DNA of 56,782 bases, filler included, from Callorhinchus milii (Eukaryota): NCBI RefSeq assembly GCF_018977255.1. It is 2 parts of 2 records of this genome, joined end to end, with 100 filler letters (N's around TTAATTAATTAA, not from the genome) between each part and the next. Parts side by side here need not be neighbours in the genome. Positions count along the whole stretch, not along the records: positions 28,447 to 56,782 come from NW_024705674.1; 1 more part is not named here. The stretch is one strand, 5' to 3'. The first letter of the stretch is position 1; each line of letters opens with the position of its first letter. Of the stretch, positions 38,244-50,768 are shown in pieces. The notes under the pieces are model-generated. The model made no database searches. It saw nothing but the letters and a program-made list of their open reading frames with translations, and was not told where the DNA came from. The translations under genes and the position numbers were made by a program.

Positions 38244-38427
38244 CTTCAGAGCAGAGTAACAGTCGCGGGTGTTGTTGAGAGTTAAAGGCACCCTCTAAGC
38301 TGCGTGGATGTCTGGCTTAAATCGCCAAGAAGCAAACTATTACCAACGTCTAACTGAGACACAGTAACGTCTCCTAAGTCGGACTACACACTTGATTACC
38401 AGTTTATCCACTAACAAAGACACTTAC
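38244..38427 (-). other. Predicted 5'-UTR intron of the ZF gene (184 nt in copy 4; conserved in most units)
   Basis: Minus-strand donor CAA|GTAAGT and acceptor TTACTCTGCTCTGAAG|AATCAGTCACATGG, 10 nt before the ATG. Confidence 0.6.
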
Positions 38428-40649
38428 TTGTGATGCACGGCTTATCGATGTCCCTGTAACCAGTCTGAAGAGATCGCCACGAACTCTCCCGAAGCAAGTC
38501 CCCAACCAGTCGCCAAGCAATCGTGCTCGCCAGGCTGGGTCTCGTGGAAGAAGGGTTATCTGCAGAGCGGGAGTCGAGCGTCTATCCTCAGCAAAATCCC
38601 TCTCGAAATGACCCTGAGGTCTGATTTTAAGCCCCTTATAACTTCGCTCTAGCATCCAAATCCTTTGTTCTAGACTTGGCCTATTATGGACTTTGCATTC
38701 AATTGTTAATTTTTACATTAACAATCCGCATATCTAGCAACATTACGTATGTACATCTCACTGCATAATTGTACACTTCCGTTTGAATAAGGATGTGCAT
38801 CTCCATGCATAATTCCGTGCTTCGTGTTAATTTGCTAATATTCACCCCCAATGTCCTCTAAACTGCTGCAAGTTTAGAGGATTATAAAGCGACATACAGC
38901 TTGAAGTATCAAAATTGGTGATCTCGAGCTTGATTTGGAATAAGATGTGCAAGTTTATACTGTACTGACTTTGTTTAATAAATATATTTAAGGACAATCG
39001 TGTTGAGCGGGGTGCTTCTAGAAACGAGTGTTTTATATTATAATTTCTGCCATGAACTTTTAATAATCATCTGAATGGTTTAGCTTGTAAGCGTGGTTTA
39101 TTATCATGTCCATATTAAAGGTTTTTTTTTGTGTGGGTGTGTGTACATGGGAGTGTATATGTGTACTCGTGTATGATTATGTATTGGAACAAACAAATTG
39201 TTTTTATATTGTGTCGTACAAATCATTTAAGGGAAACGTGGTCGGAATGCGCCACCACAACAGAAAACTACAGGGATGAGACTCCCCGCTCGTGGTGCTA
39301 AATGAATGAAAACAGCGCCACTGAGCAGACAGAGCCCCGCCCCTACAGCTCGTGAGTGTGACGTAGTGAGTGTGACCAGCGGACTGCCACGATGCTGCCA
39401 GGTAAGGGTAAACTTGTGTGATGGAGATGCTTCACCTGAAACTCGCCTCCACACGTGTTCGCTATGAACATTGTAGCAATAAGGGACGATCAGTCATCTT
39501 TAACATAGCAGGTCTTTATTGTTCTGCAAGTATATTAACGTTAAAACTCGTAGAAACACATGCACACTCGTGTGTGAATGCACACCGCTGTATATACAGT
39601 CGTGTTTGGATGCACACTCGTGTGTGTATGTCTACTCGTCCGTGTTTTTTTAAAGGAAAATATAGTAGCAATAACGTACGATCAGTCATCTTTAAAAACA
39701 AATCAGGTCTTTATTAATCTGCAAGAAAACTCACTTTAATACTCGAATCGAAATCTTTATTAATACGCAGGCTCAAACAGGAAAGGAACTAGGCAAATGA
39801 TTTCCCAATAGGAATTCAACAGTTAAAAGATATTCTTAAAATCAAACACGTAAACGTCGATTTCCCCTTTGACGTCCTTTTCCACTGAAGCCATTCGTCC
39901 AGAAGTCCAAGCCATCAAATACAAGAACAACGAACGTGCAATCCACGCACACTCTGAAACTAATTATTTTAAGTTATTTTGTTTATTACACGATAAAACA
40001 TTTTTAAGAACATCTTCTTGGTTCTTTCAGTAAAGTCACGTAGAATGTAAATAATAAAATAAAAATAATAATAAAATATTATTTTATTATTTCCATTAAA
40101 TGTGACTTTACCGAAAGAACCAAGAAGATGAATCCCTGCAGTCACGAAAGCTTTAAATCCAAAATTAAGAACATGTTTAAAATATTGAGCAAAGTTGTGA
40201 TCACAGTATTTCTCCAACTTTAGCTCAACAAAATCACTTAACCACGAGAGTAAAATTAGAAATTGAACCACCACACAACCACTGCTCTTCACAACACATC
40301 AACAAGTAGTCCGATAGGACTACAAAGCACCACCTTAACGTGACGAAGTCTGGAATAAACTTTAACACGCAATTAGCTGTGAGAAGATGACATGGCACCT
40401 TCTACCATAAACACTACACATTTACTAGTCCCGATGATACAACCACCAGACGAAGCAACGCATCTATAGAAGTATAACATTGTTGCCATCCTGAAATAAG
40501 TGAACACTTCTGGAACTTAAAAGGAATTCGTTCATCTGAACAGATTATAGAGCATTCACAACATCACTCTAGCTCGGAGTACTGGAAATCACTGAAAAAA
40601 TATATCTAAGAGACACGAATATACACAGGGCAACAGTTAACAGATGTAC

Positions 40650-41226
40650 TCAATACGTTTGAGTCTTCAGCCACTCCACTACATCCAGCCATCTCTCCGG
40701 ATTCAACTTCATGGGGTCGATAGTGGAATTATCGTCAGCGCTGATTATATCCACTACATCTCGCCGTCTCTCAGGATCCAACTGCATGGGGTCGAAAGAG
40801 GAATTGTCGTCAGGACTCATTGCATCCGCTACATTCAGCAATCTCTCAGGATCCACCTGCCGAGGTTCGAAACATGCATTTTTTCAGGACTCATTTCAGC
40901 ACTTTGAATTTCACTATTTGATTTCACTTCCCTATCATTGCGGATCTTCTGATGCTTGTTTGGGGTGATGACTGTGAACATGTCCTCTCCCTCGTAGAGC
41001 AATTTAATGGCTTTTCATCCGAGTGTGTTTTCTGGTGCCTGTGAAGAGCTGACTTCCATGCAAATTCCTTCCCACAAAGAGAACACTTGAATGGATTCTC
41101 GCTCGAGTGTGTTTTTTGGTGACTGTGAAGATTTGATTTCCGTGAAAATGCCTTACCACACACCGAGCAATTGAATGGCTTCTCGCCCGTGTGTGCGTGG
41201 CGCTGTGGAGAGTTTATCTGCTCCAT
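40650..41226 (-). pseudogene. C2H2 zinc-finger gene copy 5, type B (2 fingers plus 3 acidic repeats), homopolymer frameshifts
   Basis: [36 protein letters not shown]...[17 protein letters not shown], ending ...[17 protein letters not shown]. The G-run (~40962) and T-run (~40880) are each one base shorter than in the 54071 copy. Confidence 0.8.
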
Positions 41227-43040
41227 GTGACTGATTCTTCAGAGCAGAGTAACAGTCGCGGGTGTTGTTGAGAGTTAAAGGCACCCTCTAAGCTGCGTGG
41301 ATGTCTGGCTGAAATCGCCAAAAAGCAACTCTCACTAACGTCTAACCGCGACACAGGAAGTCGGACTACACACGCGATTACCAGTTTATCCACTAACAAA
41401 GAAACTTACTTGTTGATGCACGGCGTATCGATGTCCCTGTAACCCGTCTGAAGAGATCGCCACGAACTCTCCCGAAGCGAAGTCGCCAACCAGTCGCCAA
41501 GCAATCGTGCTCGCCAGGCTGGGTCTCGTGGAAGAAGTGTTATCTGCAGAGCGGGGAGTCGAGCTTCTATCCTCAGCAAAATCCCTCTCGAAATGATCTT
41601 GAGGTCTGATTTTAAGCCCCTTTAAACTTCGCTCTAGCATCCAAATCTTTTGTTCTCGAATTGGTCTTCATGGACTTTGCATTCAATTGTAATTTGTTGC
41701 ATTAACAATCCGCATATCTAGCAACATAATACGTATGTACATCTCACTGCATAATTGTACACTTCCGTTTGAATAAGGATGTGCATATCCATGCATAATT
41801 CCGTGCTTCGTGTTAATTTGCTAATATTCACCCCCAATGTCCTCTAAACTGCTGCAAGTTTAGAGGATTATAAAGCGACATACAGCCTGAAATATCAAAA
41901 TTGGTGATCTCGAGCTTGATTTGGAATAAGATGTGCAAGTTTATACTGTACTGACTTTGTTTAATAAATATATTTAAGGACAATCGTGTTGAGCGGGGTG
42001 CTTATAGAAAACGAGTGTTTTATATTAAAAACTCTGCCATGAACTTTGAATAAGCATCTGAATGGTTTAGCTTGTAAGCGTGGTTTATTATCATGTCCAT
42101 ATTAAAGGTTTTTTTTGTGTGTGTGGTGTGTGTACATGGAGTGTATATGTGTACTCGTGTATGATTATGTATTGGAACAAACAAATTGTTTTTATATTGT
42201 GTCGTACAAATCATTTAAGGGAAACGTGGTCGGAATGCGCCACCACAACAGAAAACTACAGGGATGAGACTCCCCGCTCGTGGTGCTAAATGAATGAAAA
42301 CAGCGCCACTGAGCAGACAGAGCCCCGCCCCTACAGCTCGTGAGTGTGACGTGGTGAGTGTGACCAGCGAACTGCCACGATGCTGCCAGGTAAGGGTAAA
42401 CTTGTGTGATGGAGATGCTTCACCTGAAACTCGCCTCCACACGTGTTCGCTATGAACATTGTAGCAATAAGGGACGATCAGTCATCTTTAACATAGCAGG
42501 TCTTTATTGTTCTGCAAGTATATTAACGTTAAAACTCGTAGAAACACATGCACACTCGTGTGTGAATGCACACCGCTGTATATACAGTCGTGTTTGGATG
42601 CACACTCGTGTGTGTATGTCTACTCGTCCCGTGTTTTTTTAAAGGAAAATATAGTAGCAATAACGTACGATCAGTCATCTTTAAAAACAAATCAGGTCTT
42701 TATTAATCTGCAAGAAAACTCACTTAATACTCGAATCGAAATCTTTATTAATACGCAGGCTCAAACAGGAAAGGAACTAGGCAAATGATTTCCCAATAGG
42801 AATTCAACAGTTAAAAGATATTCTTAAAATCAAACACGTAAACGTCGATTTCCCCTTTGACGTCCTTTTCCACTGAAGCCATTCGTCCAGAAGTCCAAGC
42901 CATCAAATACAAGAACAACGAACGTGCAATCCACGCACACTCTGAAACTAATTATTTTAAGTTATTTTGTTTATTACACGATAAAACATTTTTAAGAACA
43001 TCTTCTTGGTTCTTTCAGTAAAGTCACGTAGAATGTAAAT

Positions 43041-43070
43041 NNNNNNNNNNNNNNNNNNNNNNNNNNNNNN
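43041..43070. other. Assembly gap (30 N)
   Basis: Run of N. Confidence 0.99.
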
Positions 43071-46000
43071 TGCTCACAGAATATGTATTGCCCATGTTCT
43101 TGGAACTTTTACACACGCTTATACAGCTCACTTATTTCCCAAATATTGCAGGCTTAGCGCGATTGCGGGAGTGCAAACTAAAGTCTGTGGTCTTCCAGAT
43201 GACTCGTCTAGTGAGATATCCTCTGCTGAAATGTATAGAGTTCTGCGATTTTCCTTCGCTACCGCCAGGGGATTACCTTGAAATCAGAAAAGCGCTAATT
43301 TGCACGGCTTGTTCCCATAGTGCCAGCAGTGACCCGCAGCATTGCACTCGCCACGCTTATGATGGCAAAATTTGTTTGAACACGCTTAACCGAAGGACAT
43401 GGCTTTGTGGATCCGGTCGTCGAACCAGATGTACTGAACCGAATGACCGGAAGGCGAACAGTTGTGTAAACTATTTCATGAGAGTTTGACGATCTTGAGC
43501 AATTCACGGGTATTAGCGGACATGGCAAACTAAAAAATCGAGGTATAGAAAGGTGCAAACTTGCGGATGGCATATCCTTACTAGATCGACAAATTTTCAG
43601 GTAGTCTTATTTCTTCTGAGTTCGTGACCGGTAAGAACTACTCTCCGGCCCTGATCGTCACCGACAGCAGGTGGGTATGCCGCGATCCAAGTTGTCCACT
43701 CGTTGACGAACGGGCCCAGGGCTATTGAGTATCAAAAGACGATGTTGGTCTTAGATGCACGCCGGAGAAGCATATGCTGTATACCGCATAATGATGGCTT
43801 ATGCCTGAGAAAAACCTGTGAACAATGCATGGGGTCGGCGAACTCGGGAACGCATCGTCACATGGGTAGTAAGATGCAGGTGCACCTTTACAAATGGAAA
43901 GAAGAGCAACGCGGCAGTTTTTCTGCGTGGGAGAATAGCCTATTAAGAAATGAACATCGAGAATACTCGGACTTCGTCAATTCCGCCCTACCAATCACGC
44001 ACATCAACCAACTCATAAGACCGCTCCTGTTTCCTGAGACTTTTGCTATCTCCACGTACTTATGGTGTAAGGTTGCTCCCAGCCTCTCCTATAGTTTAAA
44101 CCAAAGTAGAGTGTCACATACGTAGACCGCTAATGTTGTTGATGTATCTCACCAGCTAAACTATATATGTTTTCGTGTCGGCAAGACGAAGCTGGCGACC
44201 CTGGAGGGAGGTATCCGTGATTACAGTTGACGATGTCGAGGGCGGGAGACTAGGAGACCAAAATTCGTGGAAGTCTAGCTCTCAACATCACAACTATACC
44301 GTTATGTTCTGGCCTGATAGTAGTGGCGAAAACTATCGATATAGGTGCGATTCAGCTGTCTCCCTACTATACCATGACGGAAGCTGCTAGCTCATAGTGT
44401 ACGCCAAGCCTGAATCGCAAAGACTACGTTCCAGACCCTCGCAGGAACGCCGTCAGCACAGCCACGATCATTTTATCATGGGTAGTATCCGATTCATGAC
44501 GTCTGTGATTTCAATAGTGTGATGCTGTGTAATTCACTATTCCCTAATTGGATATCCGCGCATGTCGGAACCTGTTCCGATTGTCGGCACCCCGAAGGAA
44601 TGTACTATGACTACACGGAGAAACGAGTTGGACCTGACCGGGCCAGAGAAGGGAAGAGACAGAAACCGATTGACACAGCGGGTACCGAATTCAGGTGCCT
44701 GTGGGGGATTAATGAAGGCGGAAGCGATTGTACCAGGTGGTTCTCCACACGACATCATGCACACATGACTGACGCGCTGGAGGGACGCAGACGATCCTCG
44801 CACACCGGCGCGTGATGGAACCAGAGGGCTATTTGTATAGTGCCGCTGTGATAACGACGCCCCACTACTTCTGGTTGCGGCTTAGCGGTTTATCATACCT
44901 TTAAATGGAATCTAGCGAGAGAGATGTCGCGAAGGATCCTTACTGCGGTGGATGCGATTCCTAATACGGACAGTGCGCTATAGCATCCACTTAGGGTGGA
45001 TCCGTGGGTGCATCTAAGGAGGGAGATAAATACTACCAGTCACAACAAGGTCCTTCTAATTACTACGAGCTTCTAGTCGATGCCGAAGGGGATTGGATCC
45101 CATCATACAAGTCAGGAAAGTCTTTCAAAGGGATGGATTAATGGATGGGGCTAACATGTACCAAAGAGGTGAGTCCGATACCACGGGCTATTGGGTTGAT
45201 GAATATCAACCGCCAACTCAATTAGTCACAGGGGAGGGATTATTGCCGGTACGTTATCCACGAAGCTCCTTAGGGCGGCATCTTAACGGGGTGACGTAAT
45301 GCAGGCGGTAACGCCATGGGTCCTCAGCCCCGATCAACTTCCAAGACCCTGAGTGGAAACTAGCCGGTCGCAGCATAAGCAAAGCCACTAGACATGTGCG
45401 GCCACTGAGCACACATGTACAAACCTATGCCACAGACAAGATTATAGAACGGAATCAATAGTCAGCCTGAAGGATAAGCAACCTAGCTAATGAGCAAACA
45501 AACAAGGTGGGAGTTGCACGAGTTGTTCAACAATAAAGCTACACCGAGCAAACTAACCGCGGTGAGAGGTATCGCTGCTCTCAGGTCAAGATCAATAATC
45601 GCTCGTTGCCTTGAGTGCCTTCGTAGACTTCTAATAGTATTGGAAAGACGTCATCCACTACCGAGCTATGTGCCGCCATTTACGGCAAGCCGCCAGGTTG
45701 TCCATAGACCAGTCCTTGGTATTGACGAGGAGGGATTAGTGGCGGGCTTAGAAAGTAGCAGCACAGTATCAAAACATATAATTCGCTCGCAAAGAGTAAG
45801 TTGGGCTAAGCTTCATATGGTTGCCGTAAATTATAATTTTAAGGCGTAGCATGGGTGCTAGCGTGACCCACGGGGCATCAGTTTCGTTATTATCCGATAT
45901 TATTCCAAGTCTATACAACAGAAAATTTGTCACTTTCGTAATCTTCCGATTGTTCTTGAAAAGGTGAGCATTCTAGCGAGCAATGCTTTAATAACAGATG

Positions 46001-49000
46001 GTAGTCGACACTGGAGCATCAGCCCGAGTTAGGATAGGTTACTGAGCGTAGCGGGAGCTCAGGAAATCTCCTAAAGTATCCAGGCAAGCCGCATTTTTCA
46101 AGTGAGGGATATCAGATCCCAGGAAGGGAATCAAACGACTCACGCCGGCTGAAAGTTACAATTAATAAGCGGAAGAAGTGTAGGGTTCGAGACCCAGATT
46201 ACGCGCATATGAATAATCATGCGATGGATCAACTCGCATATTAAGGGAATCCCTAACTGCTCGAGTGACCAAGTGCGCCTTACGTTGAGGAGGAGAATAC
46301 AGGAAATTGCAGGCAGTAACCATTTGTCCTGCGGTAAGGGAGATGACCGTTCCCCGATATTGGAGTAAAGGGCACGCCCTAATCAGTATAAAATGAATAA
46401 GCAAAGACGGTCCTGGGGATTCTTGGAAGCAAGTGTCACAGCGCTACAGTGAACGGAGGATCGACTTAATGGGGGATAATTTTGTGAAGCCAGACTGTCT
46501 TGTAGATTGGACCTTGGCACGGTAGCGCCTTTGTGATAATCTCGTATTCGGTTGTGATGCCCTGAATCAACGTGCTATTAACGTGTGGGTGCACATTAGG
46601 TATCCAATCAGTCTTTACGTCTGACATAACAAAAGCTCGGCGTGGATCAGGTCGAAGCGCTCTCGAAAAGTTCTAACCCCGTCATAACCACCACGGACAG
46701 TTTTGGATTTAGTCCATGCTCAGGCCACAGATGATGAGAATTGTTACCGGAGCGTGGCCGGAGCGTTGAGTGAAAGGGATTGGCGATAACGGTCAGCACT
46801 AGGCCCAGGGTGTTGAATCGCCTTTTCATGGATAAATTCAATAGTAAGCATCTGCTTGGTAGTATTGACAGTCGTCGCTTCTGTCCAGGTCAATGGGTGG
46901 TCGCTGGCGACACCAAATGCCCTGAGGGCCGCCTCCTTACCAGCACTGTGAGTAGGGTAACGCGAATCGGATCTCGTGCTTACGCGCGAGGCCAAAGTGT
47001 TGCGCTCAATATTTGCGTGCTAATAGTACTGCCCCATTGGGTTCGAACTAATGCATGTCAATTCAAGCAGAATGGAAGTCCGCTTGTAGTACTGGCAGGC
47101 ATCAGCTCAATCTGTATTCCTCTAGTGTCTCTAATTTTCCGAATATCACTACCCGTACCTAATATGTCTTGGGGATTGACCGAGTACTTTCTGTGGTTGA
47201 CCAAAGTCAGCTACGCAGCCCGTACGCTGTGGCGTCAGATTCATCCCTCACAGTATAGTCGTGCACCAGGTCCAAAACGCTGAATGTAGCGTAGCTCAAT
47301 TAGAATTTCCGTACAGGAAATGGTGGGGTGTTACGAGGCACCGTAGTCTTAAATGTGGAGTTCCCACATTTGGCAGAGGCCCAAGCCCTCCGCCAACTTA
47401 CGAGATATTTTTGGCGTTGCTTCGTGTTTGGGTCTAACATCCATTAGTGTTTGCTTAGCTTGGGTAATTACGACTTTGATGATTACTCTGCCGAACCTAC
47501 GCGCCTCGTAGGAAGATGCGTGATATCTGCGGCGGAACGTGCGTATAGTGCAAGAGCGACAGCAACTATTAATTATAGGGATTAGTTGTCGGATGGCTGA
47601 AATACGTGAAAGCCAACTACTTGAGAATACAAGGATAATCAGGGCAGCCATTCTAGGATACATCGACTAGGAGTGGCCCACACCCCCCCAGGGATCAGGC
47701 TGACGACGTGACCGCCCTACGTATAGGCTGGCTACTTCAAACATGGTCTTATGTAGTTAGGCGGGACATCGACGTTCTGGAACATTTAGTACGGCTTCTG
47801 CCTAATTAAATCGGCGTTAAGAAACTGTACGTTCTGATTCTCGTGCATCCGGCCTCTGACGTTTCGAAGACTCTTGCTGGCTATGACTGCGCGCCGAATT
47901 ACGCATCGGTTCTATTGAAAGACGCCGATTCGGTCCTGACAAGGTCCCAAGAAGAAATTCTTTCGCATCGTAACCCCTGCACAATCTTTTGAATACATAA
48001 ACCTATAATGTCGGTCAATTTAGCCCGCCAGGGATACGAATATAGGCGTTACCCCAAAGCCCTGGACCTGTGTTTCTAGAGATCGATATGTCGCATGCCT
48101 AGGTGATCCGAATAGTTGCCCCTTGGGAATTGCGAAACCCTGTCGGCTAAACGTATGGGTTGGTGCAGGTGCGAAACAAGGTCATCGTCGGCGCTAGCTA
48201 CAGGTTCTGAGCCGTCTGAGGCCTCCATGGAATACCGGAATGGCGAATGGCTCGCGTCGTCATATGCGGGTACGGGGATGGCTGATTTATACTGAAGAAT
48301 GAATGGGGAGCTCCATACAGGAGGTTGAGTGGAATATACTACAGACTCGACGCGATCTAGGGCGGCGAACCCTATTGCGGCTAATGGGCATAGCTTGAAT
48401 AGGGATACTCCCTAATAATCGGTAACTTGTCATGCATAGTAGGATTTTCAGATGAACTAATAGGGTCTCCATTCCGTGATGCAAGGACCCGGGACGCGCT
48501 TGGAGGAAAAACCTTCCACGTGGGAAAGAATGGGTGAGAGCCACTAAAGGGCGGAAGGTAGCAGGAAAGCAGGAGGTGTACCCTGTAATCCCGCGTCCGC
48601 GTAATTAACGTAATAAAGCGTTCAAACCGGTCAACATGTAGGGCACTACTACTTAACTTAACGCGACGGATTTGACATCAATTAAGGGTACGAGTTCAGA
48701 AACATGCTTTGCATCTTCCGCTCGGTCGTGCTTTACGTTTGGCCTTACCATAATAACCCAAATATGGTCAGAAGGCCAATCGCTTTGATCATATTCCCTC
48801 AAAATAGTGCCGGTCCGGCAGCGCGTTTTTTCCCGAGATGTATCTACCGAACCTATCTGTGGTCGTGTCTGGGCGTTCTGTTCCGATGAACACCCAGACT
48901 CGCCGTAAAGGTTTTGGGAGAAACTCTTGAAACGATGCGGAGCTGTAGGTTCTGCGCGTCGGTCCTATACGTCCAACCGTCGAGACTAGCGCCTGATGGA

Positions 49001-50438
49001 ACTGCGCGCAGCCAAGAAGCTACATCTGGTGCTGTTGCTAGATGCGATACCCACCAATGGCTGAAACGTTAGTGCCACCAAACGAGGCGGGTGGGCAGCT
49101 ATCCGTAATACTCCGTGGACTTAGGCCCACCAGTAACAAGTAATCACGACAAAATGTCTATCGGGCCGAGATTAAGAGTCTCAACAGTTGAACTTATTGG
49201 AGTAGAGTTGGCCCGAACAGGGCGCGGTGGCGGAGCTGTGCGATTGGCCGAAAGGTATTTGCCTGACAAGCGGACTAACATGCGGCGTTTACGAAGCCAC
49301 TGTAAGCGGGTAGCCGATGCACAAGAACTCACGGTTAGTCCGTGATGTCTTTCCCATTAATGTGCAACACTAGAATCAATGACGCTAATAAGGCTCGCAA
49401 CGATGCTCCCTCAATATCGTCCAACGGCAGGATGTGGGGCTAATAGTCGCGCTACGTAATCGGTCTACGAGTCTCAATTTTGGGGCCGTTGACGGTGATC
49501 CCCGCACCCAGTGTCTCATGCTATTATCCCAGCGGCCTATAAGAATCTTTTGTTTTTTTCGGTGAGTGACAGGTAGACGGTACCGCGGATTGGTGAATAG
49601 ATTCGCGCCCCTCAAATGCTTCGGCGTTCGTGTCGAAAATGGCACCATGCTGCAGGAAATGATCACAAAACGCATGTATCGCTTCGGTCAGTACCTGGTG
49701 TTCGGCTCGACCGCATACACAGTTCGCGTGGAGGTTGGTAAAACACGGGCAAAAAAATATCGTCCAACAGAATGAGGCGCATCGCGCTCTACGACAACGG
49801 CTTACCCTTCGCAGAAGGTTGGGATCTATCCCTGCACGCCGCGGGGTCTAAGCCGATTTTAAATCGAAGCACATTGCTAGTCGGGATATCGATCTGTGGC
49901 TACCAAGGTGTACTTAGTCTACAAACGGTTTTGGCGTACAAGGAGCTTGAGGTTTATGGTTGTAAACTCTACCAGAGGTCCAGCAATAGGCCCGGTGAGC
50001 TGTCATTCCGGGCCCCACGCACATCCAGTTGGCTGCGTCGACGGCATATTAGGGCAGATACGATCCGAAATGGTCGGTGACGGAAAAATCGCACCGTTTA
50101 GGGCAAATTACTATGAGACGTCCTTTTCTGACTAGGGCATGATCCTTAGGATATTTCGGAACCAGCGTAAGTGGTCGCCCCACTTGAGCACTGTGCGACT
50201 TCTGATTGGGCTTTTTAACGATTACTCTCGGACGCCTTTATAGGTTAAGGTGCCTGATTTGAGGTTCCAAGTAGGGATGCGCGGGCAGAGATGCCTGGTG
50301 AACGGATGTGGAACATAGTTTCGCTGGCGCCTTGAAAACCACATTTGACTATCAGCGTCACCTTGGTGCGGTGGCGGTGATACGAGGCCAGCCACGCTGA
50401 CATGTGTTTCGGTCTGTCGTTCCGGATGTATCTGGGAA
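43071..50438. other. Featureless random-like block; no gene, repeat or element recognised
   Basis: Roughly even base usage, abundant CpG and TpA, no microsatellites, LINEs or SINEs. It has only short ORFs (max 167 aa) with no recognisable motif, and abrupt boundaries. Confidence 0.8.
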
Positions 50439-50768
50439 CAGCACTTTGAATTTCACTATTTGATTTCACTTCCCTATCATTGCGGATCTTCTGATGCTTG
50501 TTTGGGGTGATGACTGTGAACATGTCCTCTCCCTCGTAGAGCAATTTAATGGTTTTTCATCCGAGTGTGTTTTCTGGTGCCTGTGAAGAGCTGACTTCCA
50601 TGCAAATTCCTTCCCACAAAGAGAACACTTGAATGGATTCTCGCTCGAGTGTGTTTTTTGGTGACTGTGAAGATTTGATTTCCGTGAAAATGCCTTACCA
50701 CACACCGAGCAATTGAATGGCTTCTCGCCCGTGTGTGCGTGGCGCTGTGGAGAGTTTATCTGCTCCAT
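50439..50768 (-). pseudogene. Type-B zinc-finger copy, 3'-truncated by the random-like block
   Basis: The first 100 aa are identical to the 41226 copy. Similarity stops abruptly at 50439, in the EIQSA codons. Confidence 0.85.

Noticed and set aside
39969..40292. Hydrophobic 107-aa ORF (also 52889-53209) as a membrane protein
   Set aside because: An AT-rich low-complexity tract with a non-ATG start, disrupted in the diverged copy near 56470-56650.
43071..50438. Endogenous virus, horizontally acquired operon or novel system in the anomalous block
   Set aside because: No ORF exceeds 167 aa and none has a recognisable domain. There is no gene-dense organisation and no terminal repeats or TSD. 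ORF sizes look like chance expectation.
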